From assembly GCA_963737455.1 (NCBI GenBank), contig CAVTSN010000021.1, positions 32,304 to 96,303 of the forward strand: a stretch of DNA of 64,000 bases, in the 5' to 3' direction. This DNA is from an uncultured Gaiellaceae bacterium (GTDB lineage Bacteria; Actinomycetota; Thermoleophilia; Gaiellales; Gaiellaceae). Under the pieces are notes generated by a model. The model was not told the origin of the DNA. It saw nothing but the letters and a program-made list of their open reading frames with translations, and made no database searches. A program made the position numbers and the translations under genes. Positions 11,450 to 23,072 of this stretch are shown here, piece by piece; the first letter of the stretch is position 1; each line of letters begins with the position of its first letter.

Positions 11450-12255
11450 ACCGCCCCCGCCGCGGCGAGCGCCTCGACGTGCTCGCGGACGTCGTGGACG
11501 CGGAAGATCGACGCCCCGCGCTCGTAGGCAGCAACAGCAGCCCCGAGCGAGGCCGCGAGCGTGCCGGTCGTCGCCGCCGGGTCGAAGAGCTTCCCCAGCG
11601 AGCTCTTGCGCGAGAGCCCGACGAGGACGGGGCGGCCGAGCGCGAGCAGAACGTCGAGCCGCCGTAACAGCTCGAAGTTGTGCCCCGCCGTCTTGCCGAA
11701 GCCGATGCCAGGGTCGAGGCAGACGTGCTCCTCCGGGATCCCGGCCGCGACCGCGACGGCCAGCTGCCGCTCGAGGAACGCGGCGACCTCGCCCGCGACG
11801 TCGTCGTAGCGCGGCTCGACCTGCATCGTGCGAGGCTCACCCTGCATGTGCATCAGGCAGAGATACCCGCCGCCGCTCGCGACCACGCCCGCCAGCTCCG
11901 GGTCGCCCCGGAGCGCGGTCACGTCGTTGACGAGCTCGGCACCGAGCTCGAGCGCACGACGCGCGACCTCACTCTTGGCCGTGTCGATCGACACGGGCAC
12001 ACCTTCGAGCCGCTCGAGCACCGGCATGACGCGACGCAGTTCCTCGTCGAGCGTGACGCCGCCGGAGCCGGGCCGCGTCGACTCGCCGCCGACGTCGACG
12101 ATCGCCGCGCCGTCCGCGAGCATCCGGCGCGCCGCGGACGCCGCGACGTCCGGGTCGAGGTGCCGGCCGCCGTCCGAGAAGCTGTCGGGCGTGACGTTGA
12201 CGATCCCCATCACGGCGGGCCGCTGCAAACGTTCCTCCACCGCTGGACGTCTCAC
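11440..12255 (-). CDS. folP: dihydropteroate synthase
   Basis: VMGIVNVTPDSFSDGG, DVGGESTRPG, NDV and DPGIGFGK motifs. The start is uncertain (GTG 12255 or ATG 12210). Confidence 0.94.
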   Translation of the reverse strand: MRRPAVEERLQRPAVMGIVNVTPDSFSDGGRHLDPDVAASAARRMLADGAAIVDVGGESTRPGSGGVTLDEELRRVMPVLERLEGVPVSIDTAKSEVARRALELGAELVNDVTALRGDPELAGVVASGGGYLCLMHMQGEPRTMQVEPRYDDVAGEVAAFLERQLAVAVAAGIPEEHVCLDPGIGFGKTAGHNFELLRRLDVLLALGRPVLVGLSRKSSLGKLFDPAATTGTLAASLGAAVAAYERGASIFRVHDVREHVEALAAAGAVCG

Positions 12256-12260
12256 CCTTC

Positions 12261-13196
12261 GTGGAGCCTAGCGCCCGCACCCGCAACGCCTTCCTGACGG
12301 CCGTCGGAGTGCTCGGGGCGATCGTGCTCGTCGCGCTCGCGTCGCGCGGGTCGACCTCGCTCGGCGACAGCGGGACGAGAAAGCCGAGCGACGCGTTGAC
12401 AGACATTCTCTTCGCGATCTACATCGTCGCGCTCGTCGGCGGCGCCTTCATGTTCGTCTACCTGCTCGCGCTGCAGCGACGGCTCAAGGCGCAGTCGGGC
12501 AAGGCGCCGCGCAGGAGCCTCCTCGAGATGGTCGGGACGATGCTCGTGCTCATCGTCGTAGGAACACTGATGGCCCGACGGCTCGCGGGCTGGGAGCGGC
12601 CGACGCCGCCCGAGCCGGAAGAGGCCGTCGGCACCGCGAGCACGCTCCCGATCGACACCACGACACAACCGACCGCAGAACCCTTCCAATCCGAAGTGTC
12701 GTGGGGCCCGGTGCTCATCACGATCGGGCTGATCCTGCTGGCGGTCGTCGCATACTGGTATGCGGGGCGTGCCCGGAAGGGGGCGCGCGGCGAGCTCCAT
12801 ACCGGGCTCGCCGAAGCCGTCGCCCAGGCGGTCGACGAGTCGCTGGACGACCTCCGTGCAGAGCCCGATCCGCGGCGGGCGGTGATCGCCGCGTACGCGC
12901 GGCTGGAACGCGTGCTCGCCGCGCACGGTCTCCCGCGCAAGCCGGCGGAGGCGCCGATGGAGTACCTCGGCCGCATGCTCGCCGCGCTGTCGGTCAGCGA
13001 CCGCGCGGCTCGTACCCTCACCGACCTCTTCGAAAGGGCTAAGTTCTCGCAGCATGCCGTGGGGCCCGAGATGAAGGACGAGGCGATCGACGCGCTCCAG
13101 ACGGTGCGCGACGATCTGCTCGCGGCGCAAGCGCTCGCAGAGAAGGAGCGGGCGGAGTTGATCGCGGCGCAGCGCGAGCGGGCGGCAACCGAATGA
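12261..13196 (+). CDS. DUF4129 domain-containing membrane protein
   Basis: Four hydrophobic segments are followed by a C-terminal helical domain (RAVIAAYARLERVLAAHGLPRKPAEAPMEYL..DLFERAKFSQHAV) typical of DUF4129. It is the first gene of the MoxR/DUF58 operon. Its start lies only 5 nt from the divergent folP start, so it is uncertain. Confidence 0.8.
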   Translation: MEPSARTRNAFLTAVGVLGAIVLVALASRGSTSLGDSGTRKPSDALTDILFAIYIVALVGGAFMFVYLLALQRRLKAQSGKAPRRSLLEMVGTMLVLIVVGTLMARRLAGWERPTPPEPEEAVGTASTLPIDTTTQPTAEPFQSEVSWGPVLITIGLILLAVVAYWYAGRARKGARGELHTGLAEAVAQAVDESLDDLRAEPDPRRAVIAAYARLERVLAAHGLPRKPAEAPMEYLGRMLAALSVSDRAARTLTDLFERAKFSQHAVGPEMKDEAIDALQTVRDDLLAAQALAEKERAELIAAQRERAATE

Positions 13197-13708
13197 GGCG
13201 CGTGGCGCGCTTCTGGCGGTTCCCGGCCTTCCTGACCCTGGCCCTGATCGTCGCCTTGATCTTCCTGCCGGGGCGCAGCGAGCTCGTCGTCCGCGTCTAC
13301 GTGCTCCTGCTCGCCGCCTTCGGGCTCGCGCATCTGCTGGCACGCCTCCGCACCTCGCTGCCGGAGCGCACCATCTCGCCCGTGGACGCGGCGCTTGCCC
13401 GGCGCCCGCGCCGGGTCGAGCGCGTCCCCGAGCTCGAGCGGATCGAGCGCGAGGTCACGCTCGGTCAGACGACGGCGTTCGACCTCCACTTCCGCCTGCG
13501 CCCGACCCTCCGCCGGATCGCCTACGAGCTGCTGCGCGCACGGCGCGGGATCGACCTCGACGCGAACCCCGAGGCGGCGCGGCGCGCCCTCGGCGACGAG
13601 ACGTGGGAGCTCGTGCGGGTCGACCGCGAGCCGCCGCACGATCGCTTCGGCCGGGGGATCGAGCTCGAGTCGCTGCGGCACGTCGTCGTCTCCCTGGAGG
13701 CGCTCTGA
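13193..13708 (+). CDS. membrane-anchored hypothetical protein of the MoxR operon
   Basis: ATGA overlap with the upstream gene and TGATG overlap with moxR. Two N-terminal TM segments. GC3-rich ORF. No family recognised. Confidence 0.7.
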   Translation: MRRVARFWRFPAFLTLALIVALIFLPGRSELVVRVYVLLLAAFGLAHLLARLRTSLPERTISPVDAALARRPRRVERVPELERIEREVTLGQTTAFDLHFRLRPTLRRIAYELLRARRGIDLDANPEAARRALGDETWELVRVDREPPHDRFGRGIELESLRHVVVSLEAL

Positions 13709-14679
13709 TGCAGCTCGCTCAGGTGCAGGAGCACGCCGGCCGGATCCTCGACGAGGTCGAGCGCGCCGTCGTCGGCAAGCGCGACGCGCTCGAGCTGGTG
13801 CTGCTCGGCCTGCTCGCCGACGGTCACGTGCTGCTCGAGGACTACCCCGGGCTGGCGAAGACGCTGACGGCGCGCTCGTTCGCGCAGGTGACGCAGACCG
13901 GCTTCAACCGGATCCAGTTCACGCCCGATCTGATGCCCTCCGACGTGACGGGCTCCTCGATCTGGAACCAGCGCGACGGCGACTTCGAGTTCCGGCCGGG
14001 CCCGATCTTCACCAACCTGCTCCTCGCCGACGAGATCAACCGCGCCCCGCCGAAGACGCAGGCGGCGCTGCTCGAGGCGATGCAGGAGCGGCAGGTGACG
14101 ATCGAGGGTGTCACGCACCAGCTCGCGCGGCCGTTCCTCGTGCTCGCGACCCAGAACCCGATCGAGTACGAGGGGACGTACCCGCTGCCCGAGGCGCAGC
14201 TCGACCGCTTCCTGCTGCGGGTCTCGTTCGGCTACCCGAGCCGGAGCGACGAGTGGGAGGTGCTGTCCCGGCGCCTCGAACGGCGCGAGGACGAGGTCGA
14301 GCTGACGCCGGTCGTTGACGGGCAGACCTTGTTGGCGCTCCAGGCGGCGATCGAGGACGTGCACGTCGGTGACGCCATCGGCACGTACATCGTCGACCTC
14401 GTCACGGCGACGCGCACGAGTACGTCGACGACCGTGGGCGCGAGCCCGCGCGGCAGCCTCGCCGTGCTCAAGCTCGCACGCTGCAAGGCCGCGCTCGCCG
14501 GGCGCGACTTCGTCACGCCCGAGGACGTGAAGGCGGTCGCGGTGCCCGCCCTGGCCCACCGGCTGATGCTGAAGCCGGAGCTCTGGGTGCAGCAGCTGGC
14601 GGCCGAGGACATCGTCCGCGAGCTGCTCGGGACCGTGCCGACGCCCGCGGCCGAAGCGACGGCGCCCGCACCGGAATGA
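13708..14679 (+). CDS. MoxR-family AAA+ ATPase
   Basis: VLLEDYPGLAKT (MoxR P-loop variant), LLADEINRAPPKTQAALLEAMQERQVT, ATQNPIEYEGTYPLPEAQLDRF. 323 aa. Confidence 0.95.
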   Translation: MQLAQVQEHAGRILDEVERAVVGKRDALELVLLGLLADGHVLLEDYPGLAKTLTARSFAQVTQTGFNRIQFTPDLMPSDVTGSSIWNQRDGDFEFRPGPIFTNLLLADEINRAPPKTQAALLEAMQERQVTIEGVTHQLARPFLVLATQNPIEYEGTYPLPEAQLDRFLLRVSFGYPSRSDEWEVLSRRLERREDEVELTPVVDGQTLLALQAAIEDVHVGDAIGTYIVDLVTATRTSTSTTVGASPRGSLAVLKLARCKAALAGRDFVTPEDVKAVAVPALAHRLMLKPELWVQQLAAEDIVRELLGTVPTPAAEATAPAPE

Positions 14680-14689
14680 GGCCGGCGCA

Positions 14690-15964
14690 GTGAGGCCATC
14701 GCCGTCGCCGCGCGTGACGGCGTACGCCGTCCTCGCGGCGCTGTTCCTGCTCACCGCGCTGGGGCTCCGCCGGCCGGAGCTGGCCGTGCTGGCGCTGCCG
14801 TTCGCGCTGCCGCTGGCGCTCGGCCTCCGCCTGACACGCGCACCGCAACTGCGGGTCCACGTCGACGTCGAGCGCGCCACGGCGCTCGAGCAGGACGAGC
14901 TCGAGGTGGAGCTGTCGGTCTCGACGGAGACGCCGGTCGAGCGGCTCGAGCTCGTGCTCGTCGTCCCGGACGGGCTCGAGGTCGTCTCCGGCGCGAGCGC
15001 GCAGTCGCTCCGGCTCGGCTGGGAGGACAAGCGCACACTCGAGCTGACTCTCCGCTGCGCCCGCTGGGGCAACTACGAGGTCGGCGACGTCCGGCTCCGC
15101 GCACGCGACCGGCTCGGGCTGACGGTCTGGGAGTCCCGCGTCGACCGGAAGCAGCGGCTGCGCGTCTATCCGCTGCCGGAGACGCTGCGGCGGATCGTCA
15201 AGCCCGTCTCGACCCAGCTCTACACCGGCAACGAGGTCGCACGCCAGAAGGGCGAGGGCATGGAGTTCGCCGACCTGCGCCTGTTCGCCCCCGGCGACCG
15301 CGTTCGCTCGATCAACTGGCGCGCCAGCGCGCGCCGCGACGAGCTGGTCGTCAACGAGCGGCATCCGGAGCGGAACGCGGACGTGATCCTCTTCCTCGAC
15401 ACGTTCGCGGACGCACGCACCGGCGGCCGCTCGACGCTCGACCTCGCCGTACGCGCGACCGCGACGCTGGCCGCCCGTTACCTCGAGCGGCGCGACCGCG
15501 TCGGGCTGGTCTCGTTCGGAGGCGTCCTGCGCTGGCTGACGCCGGGGATGGGCTCGACACAGCGATACCGGATCGTCGACGCCCTGCTCGAGTCGGAGAT
15601 CGTCTTCAACTACGCGTGGAAGGACGTCTCGGTGATCCCGGGACGTGTGCTGCCGCCGCAGGCGCTCGTCGTCGCGGTGACTCCCCTGCTCGACGATCGT
15701 GCGGTCGAGGCGCTCGCCGACCTGCGGGCCCGCCGCTACGACCTCGCGATCGTCGAGGTCTCGCCGATCGGCTTCACCGAGCCTGGCGCGAGCGAGGCGG
15801 ACCAGCTGGCGCACCGGCTCTGGGTGCTCCGGCGCGAGGAGATCCGCGCACGCTACGAGCGGCTGGGCGTCGCCGTGGCGAGCTGGACCGACGACGCACC
15901 CCTCGACGCCGTTCTGGAGGGGGTGAGGGCATTCAGGCGCCACGCGCAGATCGCGCGCGTCTAG
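14690..15964 (+). CDS. DUF58 (vWA-like) domain-containing protein
   Basis: EGMEFADLRLFAPGDRVRSINWRASARRDELVVNE..DVILFLD is the DUF58 core. N-terminal TM segments are present. It is the canonical MoxR partner. Confidence 0.9.
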   Translation: MRPSPSPRVTAYAVLAALFLLTALGLRRPELAVLALPFALPLALGLRLTRAPQLRVHVDVERATALEQDELEVELSVSTETPVERLELVLVVPDGLEVVSGASAQSLRLGWEDKRTLELTLRCARWGNYEVGDVRLRARDRLGLTVWESRVDRKQRLRVYPLPETLRRIVKPVSTQLYTGNEVARQKGEGMEFADLRLFAPGDRVRSINWRASARRDELVVNERHPERNADVILFLDTFADARTGGRSTLDLAVRATATLAARYLERRDRVGLVSFGGVLRWLTPGMGSTQRYRIVDALLESEIVFNYAWKDVSVIPGRVLPPQALVVAVTPLLDDRAVEALADLRARRYDLAIVEVSPIGFTEPGASEADQLAHRLWVLRREEIRARYERLGVAVASWTDDAPLDAVLEGVRAFRRHAQIARV

Positions 15965-15981
15965 CGGCCGGCGCGGCCGCC

Positions 15982-16473
15982 GTGGCGGGCGCTCTCGGAA
16001 CGGGGCTGTGGCTGGCCACGATCGCCGAGGACGGCTACCTCGTCCGTGCGACCCTGCTGGCGGCGTTCGTCGCCGGCGGGCTGCTCGCCGGTGGGCTGAT
16101 CCTGAAGCAGCCGATCGTGATCCCGGCAGCGATCGTCGTGCTCGCGGCGCCGTACGTCGCCGCGCTCGGGTTCGAGATCGACGGGATCGACACCCGCGCG
16201 CCGCTGCTCGCGGCGCTGCTCTTCGTCGTCGCCGAGCTCGCCTACTGGTCGCTGGAGCTGCGCGGCACGCTGGCCGACGAGCCCGGCACCCACCTGCGGC
16301 GGGTGGCGTTGCTGGCCACACTCGCGGTCGTGACGATCGCCGCCGGCACCCTCGTGCTCGCCGTCGTCGAGCGGGTCGCGGCCCGCGGCATCGCGATCGA
16401 CCTCGCCGGCGCGGTCGCCGCGGTCGCCGCGATAGCGCTGCTTACACTCGCCGCAACGCGGCGCGTCCGCTAG
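15982..16473 (+). CDS. polytopic membrane protein (hypothetical), last gene of the MoxR operon
   Basis: Four or five hydrophobic helices (LWLATIAEDGYLVRATLLAAFVAGGLLAGGL..). The start is a guess (in-frame GTG at 15982). The earlier part of the track ORF overlaps the DUF58 gene. Confidence 0.5.
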   Translation: MAGALGTGLWLATIAEDGYLVRATLLAAFVAGGLLAGGLILKQPIVIPAAIVVLAAPYVAALGFEIDGIDTRAPLLAALLFVVAELAYWSLELRGTLADEPGTHLRRVALLATLAVVTIAAGTLVLAVVERVAARGIAIDLAGAVAAVAAIALLTLAATRRVR

Positions 16474-18432
<1,959 letters not shown>

Positions 18433-18502
18433 AGGAGGGTAGCAGCCTCATTGCCGAATCCCGGCGGCCGTGACACTTTGGCCACGGAGGCCTAATCCCC
18501 TG

Positions 18503-19054
18503 TTAATGCGGTGGAATCAGATCCGGATGCAGGACCGCGACGTACGGCAGGTTGCGGTAGCGCTCGGCGAAGTCGAGGCCGTAGCCGATCACGAACTTGT
18601 TCGGGATCTCGAAGCCGACGAACTTGACCGGGACGTCGATCTCGCGGCGCTCCGGCTTCGTCAGGAGCGCGCAGATCTCGAGTGAGGCGGGCTTGCGGGC
18701 CTTCAGGCTTCGCATCAGATACGAGAGCGTCAGACCGGAGTCGATGATGTCCTCGACCACGAGCACGTCGCGGCCGGCGATGTTCGTGTCCAGATCCTTG
18801 AGGATCCGGACGACGCCCGAGGAGTCGGTCGCGGCGCCGTAGCTCGAGATCGCCATGAAGTCGATCTCGCACGGGATCGAGAGCTCGCGCATCAGATCGG
18901 CCATGAAGAAGACGGCGCCCTTGAGCACGCCGACGAGCAGCAGGTCGCGGCCGTCGTACTCGCTCGAGATCTCGGCGCCGAGCTCGGCGATCCGCGCCTG
19001 CAGCGGCTCCTCCTCGATCAGGATCTCGCCGACCGCGTCTTTCACCGTCTCCAT
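18503..19054 (-). CDS. hpt: hypoxanthine phosphoribosyltransferase
   Basis: ATG at 19054 with GGGAAGGAGCGG upstream. VLVVEDIIDSGLTLSYL is the PRPP loop. Overlaps the tilS stop by 13 nt. Confidence 0.95.
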   Translation of the reverse strand: METVKDAVGEILIEEEPLQARIAELGAEISSEYDGRDLLLVGVLKGAVFFMADLMRELSIPCEIDFMAISSYGAATDSSGVVRILKDLDTNIAGRDVLVVEDIIDSGLTLSYLMRSLKARKPASLEICALLTKPERREIDVPVKFVGFEIPNKFVIGYGLDFAERYRNLPYVAVLHPDLIPPH

Positions 19055-20010
19055 GTCACCGCTCCTTCCCACCCTGGCGCCTCCGCGACACCCGGCACCG
19101 CGACGACCTCGTCGCCGTTGACGACGAGCGGCCAGCCGTCGCGTTCCGCCCGTGGCACCTTCGCGTCCACGAGCAGATCCTGCACTTTCTTCCGGCGGCC
19201 TGCGAGACGGTCCCCCGGACGGCGGCCCCGAACCGCGAGCCCGGGTCGCTCCGACGTGAGCGTCCACGGCCCCCACTCGACCGATCCCTCGAGCCGGATC
19301 GTGCCGTACTCGCGGACGGCGCGGACGCCGGCGCCCAGGTCGGCCGACTTCGTCCCCTCGTGGCTCGCGAGCAGCTCCGCCAGCGTCCGCTCGAGCGTGC
19401 GCGGCAGGCGCGGGCGCTCGTCGGCGAGCGAGAGCAGCGACGAGCGCGCGCGTGAGTCGAGCTGCTCGAGCAGGGGCAGGATCTCGTTCCGAATCAGCCC
19501 GCGCTTCGTGCCCGCATTCGACGTGTCCTCGCGGTACGGGAGCCCGCGCTCGTCGCAGTACGCCCGCGTCTCCTCCCGCCAGACCCCGAGCAGCGGGCGG
19601 ACGACGCCGTCCTCCCGCTTTGCCTTGATCCGCTGCGGCGAGCCGGAGGCGACGAGGCCGAGCAGCACCGACTCGAGCTGGTCGGAGGCCGTGTGCCCGG
19701 TCGCGCGGAGCCGGTCGGCCGCGACCGAGTAGCGCAGCTCGCGCAGCTCCGCCTCGGACGGACTTTGTGTTTCAGAAACACAAGCGATCACCTCGGCGCC
19801 GAGAAGGTCGCGGCAGAAGCGGGCGTCCTCGTCCGACTCGGCGCCGCGGAGGCCGTGGGCGACGTGGAGCGCCGAGACGCTGTAGCCGAGCTCGCCGAGC
19901 ACATGCCAGAGGCAGGTGGAGTCGGCGCCTCCGGAGACGAGGCAGGTCACCTCGCCGCCCGGTTCGACCAGGCCGTGTTCGCGGATGAACGACTCGACGC
20001 GCGCCAGCAT
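19042..20010 (-). CDS. tilS: tRNA(Ile)-lysidine synthetase
   Basis: ATG at 20010. PP-loop CLVSGGADSTCL. C-terminal substrate-binding domain (KKVQDLLVDAKVPRAERDGWPLV). Confidence 0.92.
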   Translation of the reverse strand: MLARVESFIREHGLVEPGGEVTCLVSGGADSTCLWHVLGELGYSVSALHVAHGLRGAESDEDARFCRDLLGAEVIACVSETQSPSEAELRELRYSVAADRLRATGHTASDQLESVLLGLVASGSPQRIKAKREDGVVRPLLGVWREETRAYCDERGLPYREDTSNAGTKRGLIRNEILPLLEQLDSRARSSLLSLADERPRLPRTLERTLAELLASHEGTKSADLGAGVRAVREYGTIRLEGSVEWGPWTLTSERPGLAVRGRRPGDRLAGRRKKVQDLLVDAKVPRAERDGWPLVVNGDEVVAVPGVAEAPGWEGAVTWRR

Positions 20011-20024
20011 CGATCCATTGTGAC

Positions 20025-20609
20025 TCAGAAAGTGGGCGCCGCCGTCCACTCGTCGAGGAGGACGATCGCGCGCTCGAGGTCGGCTCGCGAGAGTTCGTGT
20101 GGCGCGGCGAGGTCGACCCGCTCGAGCACGGGCGTGGGCGGCGTTCCTGCGCGTGCAAGGAGGAGGTAGCGCACCTGGGCGCCGTGGGCGACGAGAGCGA
20201 CTCGTGCCTCGGGGCGCGCGAGCAGCGCCCGGAAGCCGCGGACATATCGCCGCGCTGCCGCGACCCGGCTCTCGCCGCCGCCGGGGCATTCGTCCTCCGG
20301 CCCGGCACTGCCCACCCACGCTTCGTAACCGTCGCTCCAGCGGGTCCCCTCCCAGCTTCCGTACCGGATCTCGTCCAGCTCGGCGACGAGGAGCGTCGGC
20401 GTCCCCGGCCAGGCCAGCTCAGCTGTCTGCCGCGTCCGCTCGAAGCTCGTGTGCGCGACGAGGTCGACCGGACCGACGGCAGAACCGAGGGCCTGCGCCT
20501 GCAGTTCGCCTCGGGCGGTCAGGCCGACGCTGCGTGTCGGGTCGCCGTTGAGGACGTTGTCGGCGTTCAGCACGCTCTCGGCATGCCGCGCGACGACGAG
20601 CGTCCTCAC
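20025..20609 (-). CDS. histidine phosphatase (phosphoglycerate-mutase-like) family protein
   Basis: GTG start overlaps the upstream stop (GTGA). VVARHAES (RHG-type motif). A second His lies in LVAHGAQVR. Confidence 0.85.
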   Translation of the reverse strand: MRTLVVARHAESVLNADNVLNGDPTRSVGLTARGELQAQALGSAVGPVDLVAHTSFERTRQTAELAWPGTPTLLVAELDEIRYGSWEGTRWSDGYEAWVGSAGPEDECPGGGESRVAAARRYVRGFRALLARPEARVALVAHGAQVRYLLLARAGTPPTPVLERVDLAAPHELSRADLERAIVLLDEWTAAPTF

Positions 20610-21385
20610 AGGAGCACGCTCCGGTAGTCGAGGACGTGGCTCATCCCGACCGAGTCGTAGAGCGCGATCGCGGCCTCGTTGTCGGCCCGCACGAACAGGC
20701 AGACGGTCGGCACGCGCTCGAGCAGGAGGCGGATCAGGTCGCGCAGCCCGCGGCTCCCGTTGCCCTGCCCGCGCGCTGCGGGATCGGTCCACACCTGTTG
20801 CAGCTGCACGGCCTGCGGCGTCCACGCCGACGCCTCCGCCTTGAAGAGGATGACGCCGTCCTCCTCCCAGAGCCACGAGCGGCCCTCGTCGATCTGGGCG
20901 CGCGTGCGCCAGCGGAAGCCGTCCGCGTCGCGTCTGAGCGGATCGATGCCCAGCTCACCCTCGTGGGCGCGTGCGCACGCAGGTATGAGCAGCTCGAGAT
21001 CGGACAGCGCCGCCGGCCGGAGGCTGCTGCCGCCCGGCTCCGGAGCCGACGAGATCGCGTAGACGGGCTGGCCGGGACGATCCTCACGCGCGGAGGGCAG
21101 CCGCTTCCGCGACGCCTCCCAGAGCTCGGAGACGGCCCGCTGCTCGCCGATCAGCATCCGCGCGCGGGCGCGCACCGCCACCGACGCGAACGCGCCGCAG
21201 CCGCGCCCCGACGGGACGACGTTCGCACCGGAGTGGCAGAGGGCGACGAGGCGTCCTCCGTCCTCGATCCCACTGAAGCGGCCGAGCCCCCGCCGGGCCA
21301 CGTCCTCGAGGAAGACGCGCTCGATCGGGTCCTCGGCGCAGTAGTCGAGAATCTGCTCGAGGGGCGGCTCGACGATGTGCGTCAC
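20606..21385 (-). CDS. GNAT-family N-acetyltransferase with N-terminal DUF4081-like domain
   Basis: C-terminal VWTDPAARGQGNGSRGLRDLI..ADNEAAIALYDSVGM is the acetyl-CoA binding motif A/B. Confidence 0.85.
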   Translation of the reverse strand: MTHIVEPPLEQILDYCAEDPIERVFLEDVARRGLGRFSGIEDGGRLVALCHSGANVVPSGRGCGAFASVAVRARARMLIGEQRAVSELWEASRKRLPSAREDRPGQPVYAISSAPEPGGSSLRPAALSDLELLIPACARAHEGELGIDPLRRDADGFRWRTRAQIDEGRSWLWEEDGVILFKAEASAWTPQAVQLQQVWTDPAARGQGNGSRGLRDLIRLLLERVPTVCLFVRADNEAAIALYDSVGMSHVLDYRSVLL

Positions 21386-21416
21386 ACCCTCGATCTTGGC
21401 GTATAGGGTCTCGCGG

Positions 21417-22130
21417 ATGCCGATCCACGTGAGAGCCGAGCCGGGGGACTACGCCGAGGCGTGCCTGCTCCCGGGCGACCCGCTGCGGGCGAAGTACATC
21501 GCCGAGACGTACCTCGACGACGTCGAGCAGAAGAACTCCGAGCGCGGCCTGCTCGGCTACACCGGCACCTACGAGGGGAAGCGCGTCTCCGTCCAGGGAA
21601 CCGGCATGGGCTGCCCCGGCGCGACGATCGTCTTCGAGGAGCTCGTCCAGCTCGGCGTCAAGAAGCTGCTCCGCGTCGGCACCTGCGGCGGGCTCCAGGC
21701 GCACCACAAGCTGGGCGACATGATCGTCGCGATCAGCGCCGTTCCGGCCGACTCGACCGCGATGCACCTCGTCGCGAACGAGCCGCACTGCCCGACCGCG
21801 AGCTGGGACCTGATCCACGGCGCCGTCCACGTCGCCAAGGAGATCGGCCAGGACATGCACGTCGGCCCGATCGTCTCCAGCGACCTCTTCTACAACCCCG
21901 ACGAGGGGCAGTACGAGCGCTGGTCGAAGCGCGGTGTCCTCGCGGTCGAGATGGAGGCGGCGGCCCTCTTCACGGTCGGCGCCCTCCGCGGTGTCCAGGC
22001 CGGCTGCCTCCTGATCGTCAGCGACATCATCGTCGAGGGCGAGTTCAAGCGGGTGACGGACGACGAGATGAAGGCGGCCGTCGACCGGATGACGCGCGTG
22101 GCGCTCGCCACCGCGACCTCGTCTCATTAG
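21417..22130 (+). CDS. deoD: purine nucleoside phosphorylase, DeoD type
   Basis: MPIHVRAEPGDYAEACLLPGDPLRAKYIAETYL..GTYEGKRVSVQGTGMG..VEMEAAALF closely parallels E. coli DeoD as I remember it. The ATG at 21417 is preferred to 21375, which would overlap the divergent gene. Confidence 0.94.
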   Translation: MPIHVRAEPGDYAEACLLPGDPLRAKYIAETYLDDVEQKNSERGLLGYTGTYEGKRVSVQGTGMGCPGATIVFEELVQLGVKKLLRVGTCGGLQAHHKLGDMIVAISAVPADSTAMHLVANEPHCPTASWDLIHGAVHVAKEIGQDMHVGPIVSSDLFYNPDEGQYERWSKRGVLAVEMEAAALFTVGALRGVQAGCLLIVSDIIVEGEFKRVTDDEMKAAVDRMTRVALATATSSH

Positions 22131-22160
22131 CGTCGCGCACCTTCGGCGCGCTCCCGCCCG

Positions 22161-23072
22161 ATGAGCGACACCGTCTTCCTCGTCAACCCCGCCTCGGCGA
22201 ACGGGTCGACCGGGCGGCGCTGGCCGGAGATGGCGCACCGTGCCGCGACGAGGGGGCTCGAGGGCGACACGCTCTTCTCGGAACGGCCCGGCCAGCTCGG
22301 CGAGCTCGCCCGCGGCGCGGCGGACGGCGGCGCGAAGCTGCTCGTCGTCGTCGGCGGCGACGGCTCGGTCAACGAGGTGGCGAACGGGATCGCCGGGCGC
22401 GACGACGTCGAGATCGCAGTGATCCCGCGCGGCACCGGCTGGGACTTCTCGCGTACCTACAAGATCCCGCACAAGCTCGACGGCGCGATCGACGTCGCCC
22501 TGACGGGGAGGACGCGGACGATCGACCTCGGCCGGGCGAGCTACCGCGCCTGGGACGGCGGCGAGGCAGCGTCGCACTTCGCGAACGTCGCGAGCGCCGG
22601 CATGAGCGGCGCGATCGCGCAGCGCGCGAACGAGACGACGAAGGCGCTCGGCGGCAAGGTCTCCTATCTCTGGGCGACGTTCGCGGTCTTCGCCAAGTGG
22701 CAGAACTCGGAGCTCCGCCTGACCGTCGACGGGGAGTCCCGGACCGGGCACATGCACGACGTCGTCGTCGCCAACGGCAAGACGTTCGGCGGCGGGATGA
22801 TCATCTGCCCCGACGCGGAGCCGGACGACGGGCTCTTCGACGTGCTCACGATCGGCGACCTGACCAAGCGCGACCTGCTCGTGACGCTGCCGAAGACCTA
22901 CCGCGGCTCGCACCTGCCCCACCCGAAGGCCGAGCTCCTGCGCGGCGCCGTCGTCACGATCGACGCCGACGCGCCGCTGCCGGTCGAGCTCGACGGCGAG
23001 CAGCCCGGCACGACACCGGTGCGGTTCGAGATCGTGCCGCGGGCGCTGCGACTGCGCGTCCCGGCGGGCTAG
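22161..23072 (+). CDS. diacylglycerol/lipid kinase family protein (YegS/BmrU-like)
   Basis: VFLVNPASANG..VVVGGDGSVNEVANG..IPRGTGWDF, the DAGK catalytic domain signature. Confidence 0.9.
   Translation: MSDTVFLVNPASANGSTGRRWPEMAHRAATRGLEGDTLFSERPGQLGELARGAADGGAKLLVVVGGDGSVNEVANGIAGRDDVEIAVIPRGTGWDFSRTYKIPHKLDGAIDVALTGRTRTIDLGRASYRAWDGGEAASHFANVASAGMSGAIAQRANETTKALGGKVSYLWATFAVFAKWQNSELRLTVDGESRTGHMHDVVVANGKTFGGGMIICPDAEPDDGLFDVLTIGDLTKRDLLVTLPKTYRGSHLPHPKAELLRGAVVTIDADAPLPVELDGEQPGTTPVRFEIVPRALRLRVPAG

Noticed and set aside
18433-18502. ftsH leader: CCCTCCT immediately upstream of the ATG, and a small hairpin (CCGTG..CACGG).
   Set aside because: The string is the complement of a Shine-Dalgarno and is probably coincidental. 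The hairpin is only 5 bp. This is insufficient to call a regulatory element.
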